Origin: a virus
Lineage: Duplodnaviria > Caudoviricetes
DNA: 64,000 nt
Virus record (IMG/VR): IMGVR_UViG_3300043177_000122
Span: 32,001-96,000 of that record
Strand: one strand, 5' to 3'
Position 1 is the stretch's first letter. Each line of letters opens with the position of its first letter. Of the stretch, positions 9,434-18,980 are shown one piece after another. A program made the position numbers and the translations under genes. The notes below the pieces were generated by a model. That model was not told where the DNA came from. It did not search any database and saw nothing but the letters and a program-made list of their open reading frames with translations.

Positions 9434-10347
9434 AAAGAATTGCAACTTTAGTTGGCTGTGCTGTTGGCGATGCGCTAGGCAACCCATTTGAGATGTGGCA
9501 TGTCTCTAAGCAAGGTCTCAAAGAATGGGATGGTCAGTTTAAGGCTGGTGGTACCTTTTGGGTCGGTGAAGCCGGTCAATATACTGATGATACCCTTATG
9601 AGTTTAGCTTTAGCTGGTTCTTTGCTTGAGAAGCAATGTTTTGATCAGGACCATGTTGCTGCTCAGTATCTAGCTTGGATGGAATCTGGTAACACCCGAG
9701 GCATTGGAGTAACCACTGCTAGGGCTCTTACAGGGCTCAAGATGGGCGCGACAGTTGAAGAGGCTGGCGTTACTCATCAGGAAGATGGAAAGCTTACTGG
9801 AGGTAATGGAACAGCTATGAGGGCATCTCCAATTGGTCTCTGGTATCGCAAAGATGTTGAAAAGTTAATCGAAGTAGCAATGGCTGATGCCACTATTACT
9901 CACAATTCATTCGAGCCAAAGATGGGTTCAGTGGCTGTTGCATTAGGTACAGCACTAATTGCCAATGGTTTAGATGACCGTATTGAAGTTGTTAGAACGG
10001 TTGCGGATATTGTTTCTGATTCTCTAGTAAAAGACAAATTACTGCTTGCTCTAAGGCACCTAGAAGAAGGGACCGATAATTTCGAGGCCCTTGCGGAGAT
10101 CGGCGTCAATGGCTATGCTCCTGAAACGGTTGGCGCAGCATTTTATTGTTTAGGCGCGAACAATAATTATAGAGATGTTGTAGTGTTAGCAGTCAAGGCT
10201 GGTGGAGATACCGATACTACTGCGGTAATAGCTGGGGCAATGGCCGGGACTTTATATGGATTAGAGGGCATTCCAGCGGAAGATAAAGTAGAGAATTTTG
10301 AGTTATTACAATCTTTGACAGACGAACTTGTCAATAACGAGATATAA
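9427..10347 (+). CDS. ADP-ribosylglycohydrolase (DraG/ARH family)
   Basis: GCAVGDALG, YTDDT, GNGTAMRASP, TH and GGDTDT motifs; start MVKRI. Confidence 0.92.
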   Translation: MVKRIATLVGCAVGDALGNPFEMWHVSKQGLKEWDGQFKAGGTFWVGEAGQYTDDTLMSLALAGSLLEKQCFDQDHVAAQYLAWMESGNTRGIGVTTARALTGLKMGATVEEAGVTHQEDGKLTGGNGTAMRASPIGLWYRKDVEKLIEVAMADATITHNSFEPKMGSVAVALGTALIANGLDDRIEVVRTVADIVSDSLVKDKLLLALRHLEEGTDNFEALAEIGVNGYAPETVGAAFYCLGANNNYRDVVVLAVKAGGDTDTTAVIAGAMAGTLYGLEGIPAEDKVENFELLQSLTDELVNNEI

Positions 10348-10361
10348 TAAGAGTATAGCAC

Positions 10362-10451
10362 GGAAGATTGGTAGAGAGGCCAATTACGTCAGTTTGCTAA
10401 ACTGAAGCTCGGGAAACCGGGCCACAGGTTCGAATCCTGTATCTTCCGCCA
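10362..10451 (+). tRNA. tRNA-Ser(GCT)
   Basis: Cloverleaf, long variable arm, CCA. Confidence 0.95.
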
Positions 10452-10532
10452 CAACTAACTAATAGGATGTTGCCGATCCATATCGGAGTATGAGAACCCA
10501 GCATATGTGGACTATAGGGGTTAGTTGATTTT

Positions 10533-10622
10533 GGAAATGTGGGTGAGTGGATGAAACCACCTGTCTCGAAAACAGGCGCTCCTTAATTGGAGCCAAGAGT
10601 TCGAATCTCTTCATTTCCTCCA
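10533..10622 (+). tRNA. tRNA-Ser(CGA)
   Basis: Cloverleaf, long variable arm, CCA. Confidence 0.93.
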
Positions 10623-10628
10623 AGATAC

Positions 10629-10699
10629 GGGTCGGAGCACAGGGTGCAATAGAGCCTCCAAAACTCTGGAAGAGGGTTCGATTCCCTCCTGGCCTGCCA
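10629..10699 (+). tRNA. tRNA-Trp(CCA)
   Basis: Loop CT-CCA-AA, T arm GAGGG/CCCTC, G73, CCA; weak G-U-rich acceptor stem. Confidence 0.8.
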
Positions 10700-11001
10700 A
10701 GAACACTAGCCCCGCTTCTGAAAAGGAGTCGTGGCTTTAGCTTTATAGGGCTATGAAAAGAAGCGCAGCAATTCTTGAATGGAATAAGAAAACTAATAAA
10801 GAAGAGTGGCGTATAATTAACAATCCAACTATTGGTGACATTAGAAATCTTCGGCAAAAGGGCGCTATTATTATGCGCCAGATTATCGAGCGGAATAGAA
10901 ATGAAATCAATAAATATTGGATTACTGATTCTGGCAGAGTAGTTGTACAAACTACAGAATATCTTTGTAGTTGTAGGTGCTGTCATTAAGGAGCTTGATA
11001 G

Positions 11002-11559
11002 ATGGATTTTAACGAAGGTATGGATACCCTAAGCAAACTGTGTAAGGGTAAGGATTGGTTTTACGATGTTGGGGCTGATCAGTATGGCCGCTACGTTGTA
11101 TATGTAAAGTATATGTGCGAAGAAACGCTCCACAGTATTCCGGACACGATTGCTGGCAAGCAAGTCCTAGTGCATTTTGCCGCGTCCAAAACAGCCACTC
11201 GCGAGCAGTTTGTTGAAACTCCCGCCCCGAAGCTCAATTTATCTCCCTCAGAATTTATTCAAAAGACTCGCGAGGCCCAAGCACAAGACATTGATGTTGG
11301 TGTTGGTCAAATGCTCGATGAATTAGATGTTGGCTCAATGAACACTGAAGAATTGAGTATGCGATATCTTGAAGACGAGTTGGATAGTCTTGAGAAGATT
11401 TGTGGAAGCAATTGTCTTCAAGATATCTTCTACGAGATCCAAGATGGACGGAATGCCGTTACAAATCACTCCCTACACTATCCTGATGTTAGATCTAGAA
11501 TGGAGAAGCTATATCTCAAGTATGGCTTTGACGTAATATACGAAAGTTTGGACGGTTGA
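11002..11559 (+). CDS. Hypothetical protein
   Basis: RBS AGGAG; ORF track. Confidence 0.6.
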   Translation: MDFNEGMDTLSKLCKGKDWFYDVGADQYGRYVVYVKYMCEETLHSIPDTIAGKQVLVHFAASKTATREQFVETPAPKLNLSPSEFIQKTREAQAQDIDVGVGQMLDELDVGSMNTEELSMRYLEDELDSLEKICGSNCLQDIFYEIQDGRNAVTNHSLHYPDVRSRMEKLYLKYGFDVIYESLDG

Positions 11560-11730
11560 TATGTCAGAATCAGATGAACTAACAAAAGCAGAAAAAGCTT
11601 TAGCAGACATTTTTAAAGCCGCTGATGATGCCATGGGAGAACCAGGCATGCCAGGTAAAGCTTTGATATCTTTTAGATGGATCAAAAAGTTAGCTGAGCG
11701 AGGACTTGGCAAATCAGAGGACTAAGTGTC

Positions 11731-12040
11731 ATGGAAGAATCTCCTTACCCACAAATTGATAAGATACGCACTAAGTTTGATGCAAATGAACCTCTCTCTT
11801 TAAGAGAGGCTGCTTGGGTTTTTGGCAGAGCTTGGTTCTTGCTGGACTCCAATCTATTTATTTGCTGATTGGTCAAAGAAAAATCATATTCCTCTTACTC
11901 AAAAGTTTCGTTGGCCAGTATGGAAAAATCTGTTCAAAACATTTATGGAAGTAGATTACCCTACAGTTCGTGATAATGTTGATCTAATTGTGAATCTTCA
12001 TAAGATGAACATCAATAAACTATTTGGTAAACTAGAATGA
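11731..12040 (+). pseudogene. Hypothetical protein, frameshifted
   Basis: Extra T in the T5 run at 11819-11823; removal gives ...EAAWV-LAELGSCW. Confidence 0.55.
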
Positions 12041-12043
12041 GTA

Positions 12044-12370
12044 ATGCCAAAAAAAGCAATTAGAAAGTATTTTCGTGATGCCTGTTACAAACGTGACGGG
12101 TTTCGTTGCGCTGTTTGTGGTATGAAGTCTTCTCTGGACAAAGCTGAGGAAGAGTTAGATGCGCACCATATCACAGACAGGCGAGAAATGCCGAATGGTG
12201 GCTATGTCAAAGAGAACGGAATCTCTTTGTGTCCAGATTGTCATCAAAAGGCTGAAGGATACCATTCGACCGGAACGGTTGTGGAGGGATACGCACCGGA
12301 CGATCTCTATAAGAAAATCAATTCCAATTATGAAAAGGCGGTTGAAGCTAGCAAGAAATTGAATTCCTGA
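12044..12370 (+). CDS. HNH endonuclease
   Basis: RDGFRCAVCG...DAHHI...NGISLCPDCH. Confidence 0.85.
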   Translation: MPKKAIRKYFRDACYKRDGFRCAVCGMKSSLDKAEEELDAHHITDRREMPNGGYVKENGISLCPDCHQKAEGYHSTGTVVEGYAPDDLYKKINSNYEKAVEASKKLNS

Positions 12371-12485
12371 TATATGCTATAATGGGTGCAATCTTCTAAT
12401 AAGATCGCATAGTAAATATTAGCCAAACACATATAGGAGGTATTCTAATTCTTGAAATTACTCTAACGCTTTAACTTTTCATAAT

Positions 12486-12857
12486 ATGGAGTTGATCATG
12501 ACTCTTGATGAATTTGAATCTCTGAACGCACTTGAAACTTCAACCTCAGAAGAGAAGGATGATGAATTCAGTATCCCTCTCGATATCACAGATATCATCA
12601 GCATTTGCAAAGACTTTAATAGTCTCGGTTGGCAAATTCAAACTCAAGTAGAGAATATACTAGAAGTTGGCGTGGAAGAAGCAATTAAAAGCGGTAATGT
12701 CAAGAAAGAATCCTTACCTAGGATTAAGTTTTTCTTACGCAAGATTTGTGGAAATGCATATTTTGGTGATGCTGTAAGTCAAGCACAAGATTGCATTAGG
12801 CTTATCCAAGACTATGAAGAAGCACATCAAATTAAATATGCTTCTAATTATAATTAA
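12486..12857 (+). CDS. Hypothetical protein
   Basis: ORF track. Confidence 0.55.
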   Translation: MELIMTLDEFESLNALETSTSEEKDDEFSIPLDITDIISICKDFNSLGWQIQTQVENILEVGVEEAIKSGNVKKESLPRIKFFLRKICGNAYFGDAVSQAQDCIRLIQDYEEAHQIKYASNYN

Positions 12858-12870
12858 CAACACTTAACAT

Positions 12871-12901
12871 AGTCGGGGGCGTAATAGCCCCCGACTCTTT
12901 T
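12871..12901 (+). terminator. Rho-independent terminator
   Basis: AGTCGGGGGC-GTAATA-GCCCCCGACT followed by CTTTT. Confidence 0.8.
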
Positions 12902-12904
12902 ATC

Positions 12905-13318
12905 ATGGAAAGAATCTTCGACCAAGAACAGTTTGCTAAAAACATTTATGTTATTCGACATAAATTGGGCGAATTAAAAATAATCAGTGGTCATCGTTGG
13001 GAATATCAAGTAGGACAGTATACTGTCATCATTTATCCATATGATATTGGAGATGTCCCACCAGCCGATATTGACAACATTCTCAAGCGAGACAAGGTAA
13101 GTGTTGTGTTGAATGAGCGCTCTAAATTAGGAGTAGTTTCTAGTATATCTCTGCTTGATGATCCCAGATTCAAAAACTATGAGCCAATTCAATATAATGT
13201 CATTGAATCTCCTGGAGGCAGACTCAATTTAAGTAATGGGGATAATATGCCCATTCTTCATCTCTGTGAACTTATTCGTTATCTTCATCGTTTGTCAAAC
13301 CTAACAGCATTTATGTGA
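12905..13318 (+). CDS. Hypothetical protein
   Basis: ORF track. Confidence 0.55.
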   Translation: MERIFDQEQFAKNIYVIRHKLGELKIISGHRWEYQVGQYTVIIYPYDIGDVPPADIDNILKRDKVSVVLNERSKLGVVSSISLLDDPRFKNYEPIQYNVIESPGGRLNLSNGDNMPILHLCELIRYLHRLSNLTAFM

Positions 13319-13513
13319 GGAAATTATGGATATCTTGGATAATGAGAAGATATATCTGTTAGTTAAGGATTATCCTATCCGTGATGTTCTTGTTGCTTTA
13401 CAAACGGCAATTAATAAAAGAACAAATGAGCTAGTTGATCTGAATGATGGGCATTCAGATATAGCCAAAGAATTGAGTGTAGTTGCTCATCATTTAAGCA
13501 TCTTTGCAGGAAC

Positions 13514-14014
13514 ATGATTGCTATTCTTATTACAGCCATAGTTGCCTTCTTCGTTACCAGTTTATTTGGTTATGTGGCCCATCGATCATTACATCAACCT
13601 TGGACCGGAGAACTTAATAAGAAACATATGACTCATCATCTGACACTGTATCCACCTAGTGATTATGTTTCAGAGAAATATAGAAATGCAGGCACTGATA
13701 ATACAGTTATTACATTTTCTGTATTGTCAATACCAGTAGTGGCTACCCCAATTATTTTGGGGGTACTAGGTATATTGCCATTATCGCTAGTTATTACAGC
13801 TCTAGTTGTAATGGGTGTTATGGCATTTCTTCATAATTATATTCACGACGCTTTTCATATTAGAAACCATTTTCTAAGTCGAATTCCAGGACTTAGGAAT
13901 ATCTTTGCATACTGGAACCGCTTGCATTATCTACACCACGTTGATATGCAAAAGAACTTTGGAATCTTCTTATTCCATTGGGATCACGTCTTCAAAACAT
14001 TTTGGAAGAATTAA
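13514..14014 (+). CDS. Fatty acid hydroxylase / sterol desaturase family membrane protein
   Basis: His boxes HRSLH, HMTHH, HDAFH and HYLHH with transmembrane segments. Confidence 0.8.
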   Translation: MIAILITAIVAFFVTSLFGYVAHRSLHQPWTGELNKKHMTHHLTLYPPSDYVSEKYRNAGTDNTVITFSVLSIPVVATPIILGVLGILPLSLVITALVVMGVMAFLHNYIHDAFHIRNHFLSRIPGLRNIFAYWNRLHYLHHVDMQKNFGIFLFHWDHVFKTFWKN

Positions 14015-14045
14015 CATTTAGCTGTGGTAGGAAGGAGTAGTAACT

Positions 14046-14478
14046 ATGTCAACCTGGATTGTTCCGGATCTTTGCATCAACTGTGGTGCGTGTGAACCAG
14101 TATGTCCAAATCAGACCATCACTGATGGATCTGATGTTGGTGCAGACACGTTCTACATCCACCCAGATAAATGCACCGAATGTGTAGGTGAAGCGGATCA
14201 CGAGCAATGCCAGGCGGTTTGCCCGGTTGAGTGCTGTCTGCCTGACCCGAAGCACCTAGAGGACGAAGATACACTTGCGTCCCGTGCTATCACTACAAAA
14301 GATGTTACTCGAAGACCCAAGCCTTAAAGCATATACTGACCCAGAAACGTCTCAGACAATTCTGAAAGGTGCTGCCGGGTTTAGCTGGCGGGATATTAAT
14401 CAGGTACATCCGGGTATCTTTCCAGAAGATGTGCGGAAGCGACTTGATAGTTATTTCAAATTGAAAGCGTTTTGGTAA
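14046..14478 (+). CDS. 2[4Fe-4S] ferredoxin (YfhL-like), C-terminal extension probably frameshifted near 14285
   Basis: CINCGACEPVCP and CTECVG...CQAVCPVEC; ORF 14275..14478 continues in another frame. Confidence 0.8.
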
Positions 14479-15236
14479 TGATTTTGATTACACAGCCACG
14501 AGTTGGCACTTCTCATAATGAGATTCTTGCGTTACAGATTGCTGCCAGAGAAATGGGTTGGGATGTTCTCCCTGCGCCATCTGGTTGGCGTTTGGATGAT
14601 GAGTTGATCCAATCTGGTGTCAAAGGTGTACCTTATGGCTCTCAAACTTTCTGTGAGGTCATCGCCATGCAGATGGATTGGACTCTCAAGCAAAACTCTT
14701 TTGATTGGCTATCTAAGATTCATCCTGCCTATTTGAAGCGCAAGGTTGACTTCATGACGCTAGGTGAAGCTCAGAAGATTCAAGAGACCAAATTCATCAA
14801 GCCGGCTGACGATAAAGTCTTTTCGGCCAAGGTGTATGCGCCTGGCGAGCTTATTGTTCCAGAATCTGTTCCGTTGGATACTCCTACTCTAGTATCTGAG
14901 GTGGTTGAGTTTGATTTGGAATATCGAACTTTTGTGGATAAGCGAGTTCGTACTTGGTCTAACTACATCATGTACGACCATATTGCAGATCCAAAATTTT
15001 GGGACATGATTCCAATGGGTGAGGAACGCGAACCATATGAGTTTGTAAATGATATGCTTCACGACATGGAATTTCACGACATGGGCGGGTTGGTCACGGT
15101 TCCTAGCGTTATAGATGTTGGCAGAATCAAGGGTAAAGGTTGGGCAATCATTGAAACCAACCAGGCATGGGCATCTGGTATTTATGGGTGCAGCCCAATG
15201 TCAGTACTTAAAGTATTGGAGCAGTCCTGTGGATGA
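14478..15236 (+). CDS. ATP-grasp protein (R2K/DUF4343-like)
   Basis: FIKPADDKVF, VSEVVEF..EYRTFV, VIDVG.....WAIIETN. Confidence 0.75.
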   Translation: MILITQPRVGTSHNEILALQIAAREMGWDVLPAPSGWRLDDELIQSGVKGVPYGSQTFCEVIAMQMDWTLKQNSFDWLSKIHPAYLKRKVDFMTLGEAQKIQETKFIKPADDKVFSAKVYAPGELIVPESVPLDTPTLVSEVVEFDLEYRTFVDKRVRTWSNYIMYDHIADPKFWDMIPMGEEREPYEFVNDMLHDMEFHDMGGLVTVPSVIDVGRIKGKGWAIIETNQAWASGIYGCSPMSVLKVLEQSCG

Positions 15237-16326
15237 ATTACTAAAACAATTAGAAGAGCAATCTCGACATGTTAGTTTAGCTTCAGGTCGTAAAATGGCC
15301 AAGCGTATTGCGGAAGAGTTGGAAGCAACTAAATTAATCATTGAATATGCTAGGGCTAATCCAAGAGAGAATATTAAAATCTTGGAGAAGGCTGAGGAGG
15401 TAGCATCTCGTCAAGTTGATGAACAATATGCTAATCCTAATGATAATTATATGTTTGTTCTTTTATTGATCTTAAAGTATCTTCACGATAATGGTATTGA
15501 TGATAGTGAAGCTTTCAACATCGCTAAAGATGCCGCAGACCAGATGAAGAATTCATTCTGGTCTTGTATTGCCAGGCATAATAATATGCTTGAGACTATA
15601 TATGACATGTGTCAAGTTAGTCATGCTGACGCTATTGACGAACTGTATTGTACAATCCCAGAATGGCTTGGTGCTCGTCAGTTTGATAAGGTTAATGAAA
15701 TTCTTAAGCAGGTAGATGTCAAAAGACTTCATAACTCTATTCTATATTGTATGGTCAATTTAACATCACCATATATTGATGTACTACCATACTATCAAAC
15801 CTTTTGGCAAAAAGTTTATGATGAATTTTATAGGCGCCGTAATGATCCTGAAGCTGAAGCGGATCAGGTCCGCACCCCTGAACAAATTGAACGGCTGCTT
15901 GGAGACTTTAGAGATGGTCCTCGGATTCGTGAACATAAATACAATCCAGAAAGAGATGATGCTCCTCGCCCTAAATCTCATGAGGAACAGTGGGCTGATA
16001 AGATTGATGCTAAGATGGCTTGGGCCAAAGAGATTGAGGATGAAGACCTATACAACATGCTCAAGTACTATAAGCTAGAGCAGGAACGTAATCAAAATCC
16101 TCGAAACGAATATCATCGAATGCGTTCTAGATTAGGTGACCGAGAAGTAGATCGTCGTACTGTTGAGGCATTACGTGCTATGGCTGATTATATTGAAAAG
16201 AAAGGTCCGCATTTTATTATTGGAGCAGACCTACCTAATCTGCCAATTTTTTCTGGTAAAGATCATGTTGAGCGGTATGTGTCTCATATTGAGGTAACGT
16301 TGGTCGCTGGGCCGTTAGGTGGTTAA
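15229..16326 (+). CDS. Hypothetical protein
   Basis: Long ORF; GTG start inferred from overlap with the previous stop. Confidence 0.6.
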   Translation: MDELLKQLEEQSRHVSLASGRKMAKRIAEELEATKLIIEYARANPRENIKILEKAEEVASRQVDEQYANPNDNYMFVLLLILKYLHDNGIDDSEAFNIAKDAADQMKNSFWSCIARHNNMLETIYDMCQVSHADAIDELYCTIPEWLGARQFDKVNEILKQVDVKRLHNSILYCMVNLTSPYIDVLPYYQTFWQKVYDEFYRRRNDPEAEADQVRTPEQIERLLGDFRDGPRIREHKYNPERDDAPRPKSHEEQWADKIDAKMAWAKEIEDEDLYNMLKYYKLEQERNQNPRNEYHRMRSRLGDREVDRRTVEALRAMADYIEKKGPHFIIGADLPNLPIFSGKDHVERYVSHIEVTLVAGPLGG

Positions 16327-16339
16327 TTAGTATGAAGTT

Positions 16340-16764
16340 ATGAATACCAGTAACATACTCATTTTTATTTGCGTTTTATTGTGGGGAATAAGTTCATTCC
16401 TTAATAGGCTTTCTGTTGAACGAATGCCCCACTATTAATGCAAGTAATTGTTGGTTCTGTATTCTTTTTCTATATTCCAGTTGCCCTTAGATTGACTGGA
16501 GTAAATAATCCATTACATTACAAATGGTCGCTGTATAGTGTTGTGCTAACAGTATTTGCTACACTATGTTCTATTACGGCTAATATTTTATTATATACTA
16601 GTTTAAAAGGAAGTAATAGTTCAGGCTCATCTACAATGATGGTGGCACTTTATCCAATAGTAACTTTCATACTTTCAATCTTTATTTTACATGAACAATT
16701 TTCAATAATGAAGATAGTTGGAGTTGTTGTAATGTTATTAGGAGCTTACCTAATGACTAGGTAA
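16340..16764 (+). pseudogene. EamA/DMT-family small membrane transporter, frameshifted
   Basis: N-part ILIFICVLLWG... joins MQVIVG if one C is added at 16427-16430; ALYPIVTFILSIFILHE motif. Confidence 0.7.
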
Positions 16765-17070
16765 TTGCTTCTTTTTCTGAGGCTTGCCGCCCATCTTACG
16801 ATATACATCATAGACAACTGCCCAAGGCTCATCGTATTTTTTCCAGTACTTCTTGACAGTCTTCTTAGCTCGATTCCAGATTTTCTCATCTAAATCGTTT
16901 GTGTCTTGAACTTGGTTATTGTCTTTCTTTGCAATAGAATTAATGAATTCTCTTTCTTCTGGACTGAAATCAGAAGCTTTTTTGTCAGCAGGAGCATCAT
17001 TCTCATACTGCTCCTCAGCAAGTTTAATGATAAATTTCTCTGCCAATTCAGCCACTTTTTCGAAACTCAT
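16750..17070 (-). CDS. Small protein with shared N-terminal helix (SFEKVAELAEKFIIKLA) and C-terminal ChaB-like helix
   Basis: IWNRAKKTVKKY......WAVVYDVYRKMGG; leader similar to other minus-strand genes. Confidence 0.55.
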   Translation of the reverse strand: MSFEKVAELAEKFIIKLAEEQYENDAPADKKASDFSPEEREFINSIAKKDNNQVQDTNDLDEKIWNRAKKTVKKYWKKYDEPWAVVYDVYRKMGGKPQKKKQLPSH

Positions 17071-17092
17071 ACAATAATACAAGGATAATCAT

Positions 17093-17686
17093 ATGATAGA
17101 GAAGCCCATCATTGTAGGATGCGATGAGGTTGGTTATGGTTGTTTAGCCGGACCACTTGTGGTGGTTGGGGTGAGGACACCCAAAGATTGGCAAATCCCT
17201 GGCCTAAACGATTCTAAGAAATTGTCAGCTAAGAAACGTGAGGCTCTGAGGGGCCAGCTCCTTAAAGCAATTGAAAAAAATGAGATAGCTTGGCATTTAG
17301 CCGAACGATCTAACATTGAGATTGATAAAGCTGGGGTAGCTGTTGCGCTGAAGAGCGCATATGTTGAATGTTTTCATGCTTTGTATCAACAAGATTGCTT
17401 GATCATTAGCGACGGAATTCTAAAATTTGACAATCTCGGGGTCGATGATTATGATAAAGTTTCAGTCATCAAAGCGGACGCAAAATATCCAGCGGTAATG
17501 GCCGCATCGATATTGGCAAAGACCTATCGTGACGAAAAGATGAAGACACTACATCAGTTACACCCTTTATATGGATGGGAATCTAATGTAGGTTATCCGA
17601 CCAAGGATCATTTAGAGGCTATTGAAAGACATGGCCCGTGTCCACTTCATAGATTTTCATATGCGCCAATGAAGAATATGAAATAG
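17093..17686 (+). CDS. rnhB: Ribonuclease HII
   Basis: GCDEVG..C.AGP, DSKKL, SDG, KAD...PAV.AASILAK and GYPT motifs. Confidence 0.93.
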   Translation: MIEKPIIVGCDEVGYGCLAGPLVVVGVRTPKDWQIPGLNDSKKLSAKKREALRGQLLKAIEKNEIAWHLAERSNIEIDKAGVAVALKSAYVECFHALYQQDCLIISDGILKFDNLGVDDYDKVSVIKADAKYPAVMAASILAKTYRDEKMKTLHQLHPLYGWESNVGYPTKDHLEAIERHGPCPLHRFSYAPMKNMK

Positions 17687-17695
17687 GGTTTCAAA

Positions 17696-18194
17696 ATGGC
17701 AGCTATGAGAGTAGCATTTCTGATGGAACATCAAGAGATTACTGACATGGTTGAGATGAAGGCAATGGCTTTATTGCCAGTAGTGGATAAAGATCGCCCA
17801 GAACCTCCAGTTATCAATACAGAATCAGATGATTATTTGGCAGGCGCGTCAGACGCTCTTATTAGTTTAGTTGCTTGTTTAAAACAAAAGGCAGCCGATG
17901 AAAAAGGATTTTACAATTCTTATTAAGGAATTACGTCTTGCATTGCAAGCTGAGTTTAAATCAATTGTCTCTTCGGGATCTTCTATTGAAGAGGTAAGTC
18001 CCAAACTCTCGGAATTAGAAAATAAACAGGATACTATAATAAAAGAGGCAGGCTATGATCCAATTGAATTTCTTCAATTAATGAAGGAATACTTTATGGA
18101 TTTTTCATCACCCGATCCTAATGAATGGGTCATTAGACACGATCCAGAAAATGCGCAAATAATTGCAAGTAATAACTTATCCTACAAACACTAA
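17696..18194 (+). CDS. Two hypothetical proteins (17696..17926 and 17898..18194)
   Basis: ORF track, overlapping operon-like arrangement. Confidence 0.5.
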
Positions 18195-18227
18195 GCTATC
18201 AATAACGTGATATATAGATACACGTAT

Positions 18228-18302
18228 CTCGGCGTAGCAAATCGGATATGCGGCTGTTTCATACGCAGCTTTGAGTGAGTTCGACTCTCACCGCCGAGAC
18301 CA
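18228..18302 (+). tRNA. tRNA with CAT anticodon (probably elongator Met)
   Basis: Paired C1-G72, no triple G-C in anticodon stem (so not initiator), A73, CCA. Confidence 0.8.
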
Positions 18303-18304
18303 AA

Positions 18305-18703
18305 TTATCGCTGAGCGATTCCTGGTTGTGGTGTTTTGCCCGACCAATTCAAGGTGACTGTGCCCTCTGAAATTTGAGGGAAATCAGCAATGTGCCTGTC
18401 TAGGTATTTCTTGATCTGAGCTGGAAGCTTGGTATAATTTGTTGCGAATTGTGAAGGCTCAACTGTTGGGTTAGATACTTCAACACTTTTCCCGCCCATC
18501 ATTCCAGAAGAAATGGTAATAGTAAGACTTAAATCAGCCTGATCTTTTCTAAGCTGAGCAGGAAAGTTCATAATGCCATTAGCACTGGATTCTCCATAAC
18601 TTGCAGCATTTTCAATGATTTGCTGAAGGGTTTGAGATTCTTGAGCGTATTTGTTTTGAAATTTATCTGCTAGTTTAAGCAGTAGGGCTTGAGACTTTTT
18701 CAT
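18305..18703 (-). CDS. Hypothetical protein with shared N-terminal helix (LLLKLADKFQNKYA)
   Basis: ORF track; leader motif. Confidence 0.6.
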   Translation of the reverse strand: MKKSQALLLKLADKFQNKYAQESQTLQQIIENAASYGESSANGIMNFPAQLRKDQADLSLTITISSGMMGGKSVEVSNPTVEPSQFATNYTKLPAQIKKYLDRHIADFPQISEGTVTLNWSGKTPQPGIAQR

Positions 18704-18745
18704 AACAGATATACTACTTTAGTGGTATATAAGATACAAAAAAAT

Positions 18746-18820
18746 GGTCGATTAACTCAGCGGTAGAGTGACACGTTTACACCGTGTAAGTCGGGGGTTC
18801 GAATCCCTCATCGACTACCA
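18746..18820 (+). tRNA. tRNA-Val(TAC)
   Basis: Cloverleaf, CCA. Confidence 0.95.
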
Positions 18821-18823
18821 AAT

Positions 18824-18898
18824 TGGAGATTAGCTCAATGGTAGAGCGTCGGTTTTACACTCCGAAGATCTAGGGTTCGATTCCCTTATTTCCAACCA
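18824..18898 (+). tRNA. tRNA-Val(TAC), second copy
   Basis: Cloverleaf, CCA; minor stem mismatches. Confidence 0.85.
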
Positions 18899-18901
18899 TA
18901 T

Positions 18902-18975
18902 AGGCGATTAGCTCAATGGCAGAGCATCTGCTTGACTCGCAGGATACACGGGTTCGATTCCCCTATCGCCTACCA
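18902..18975 (+). tRNA. tRNA-Val(GAC)
   Basis: Cloverleaf, CCA. Confidence 0.88.
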
Positions 18976-18980
18976 CACAA

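Noticed and set aside
18228-18302. CAT tRNA as initiator or lysidine-type tRNA-Ile2
   Set aside because: It has a paired 1-72 and no triple G-C anticodon stem, so it is not an initiator; Ile2 cannot be excluded by eye but has no positive support
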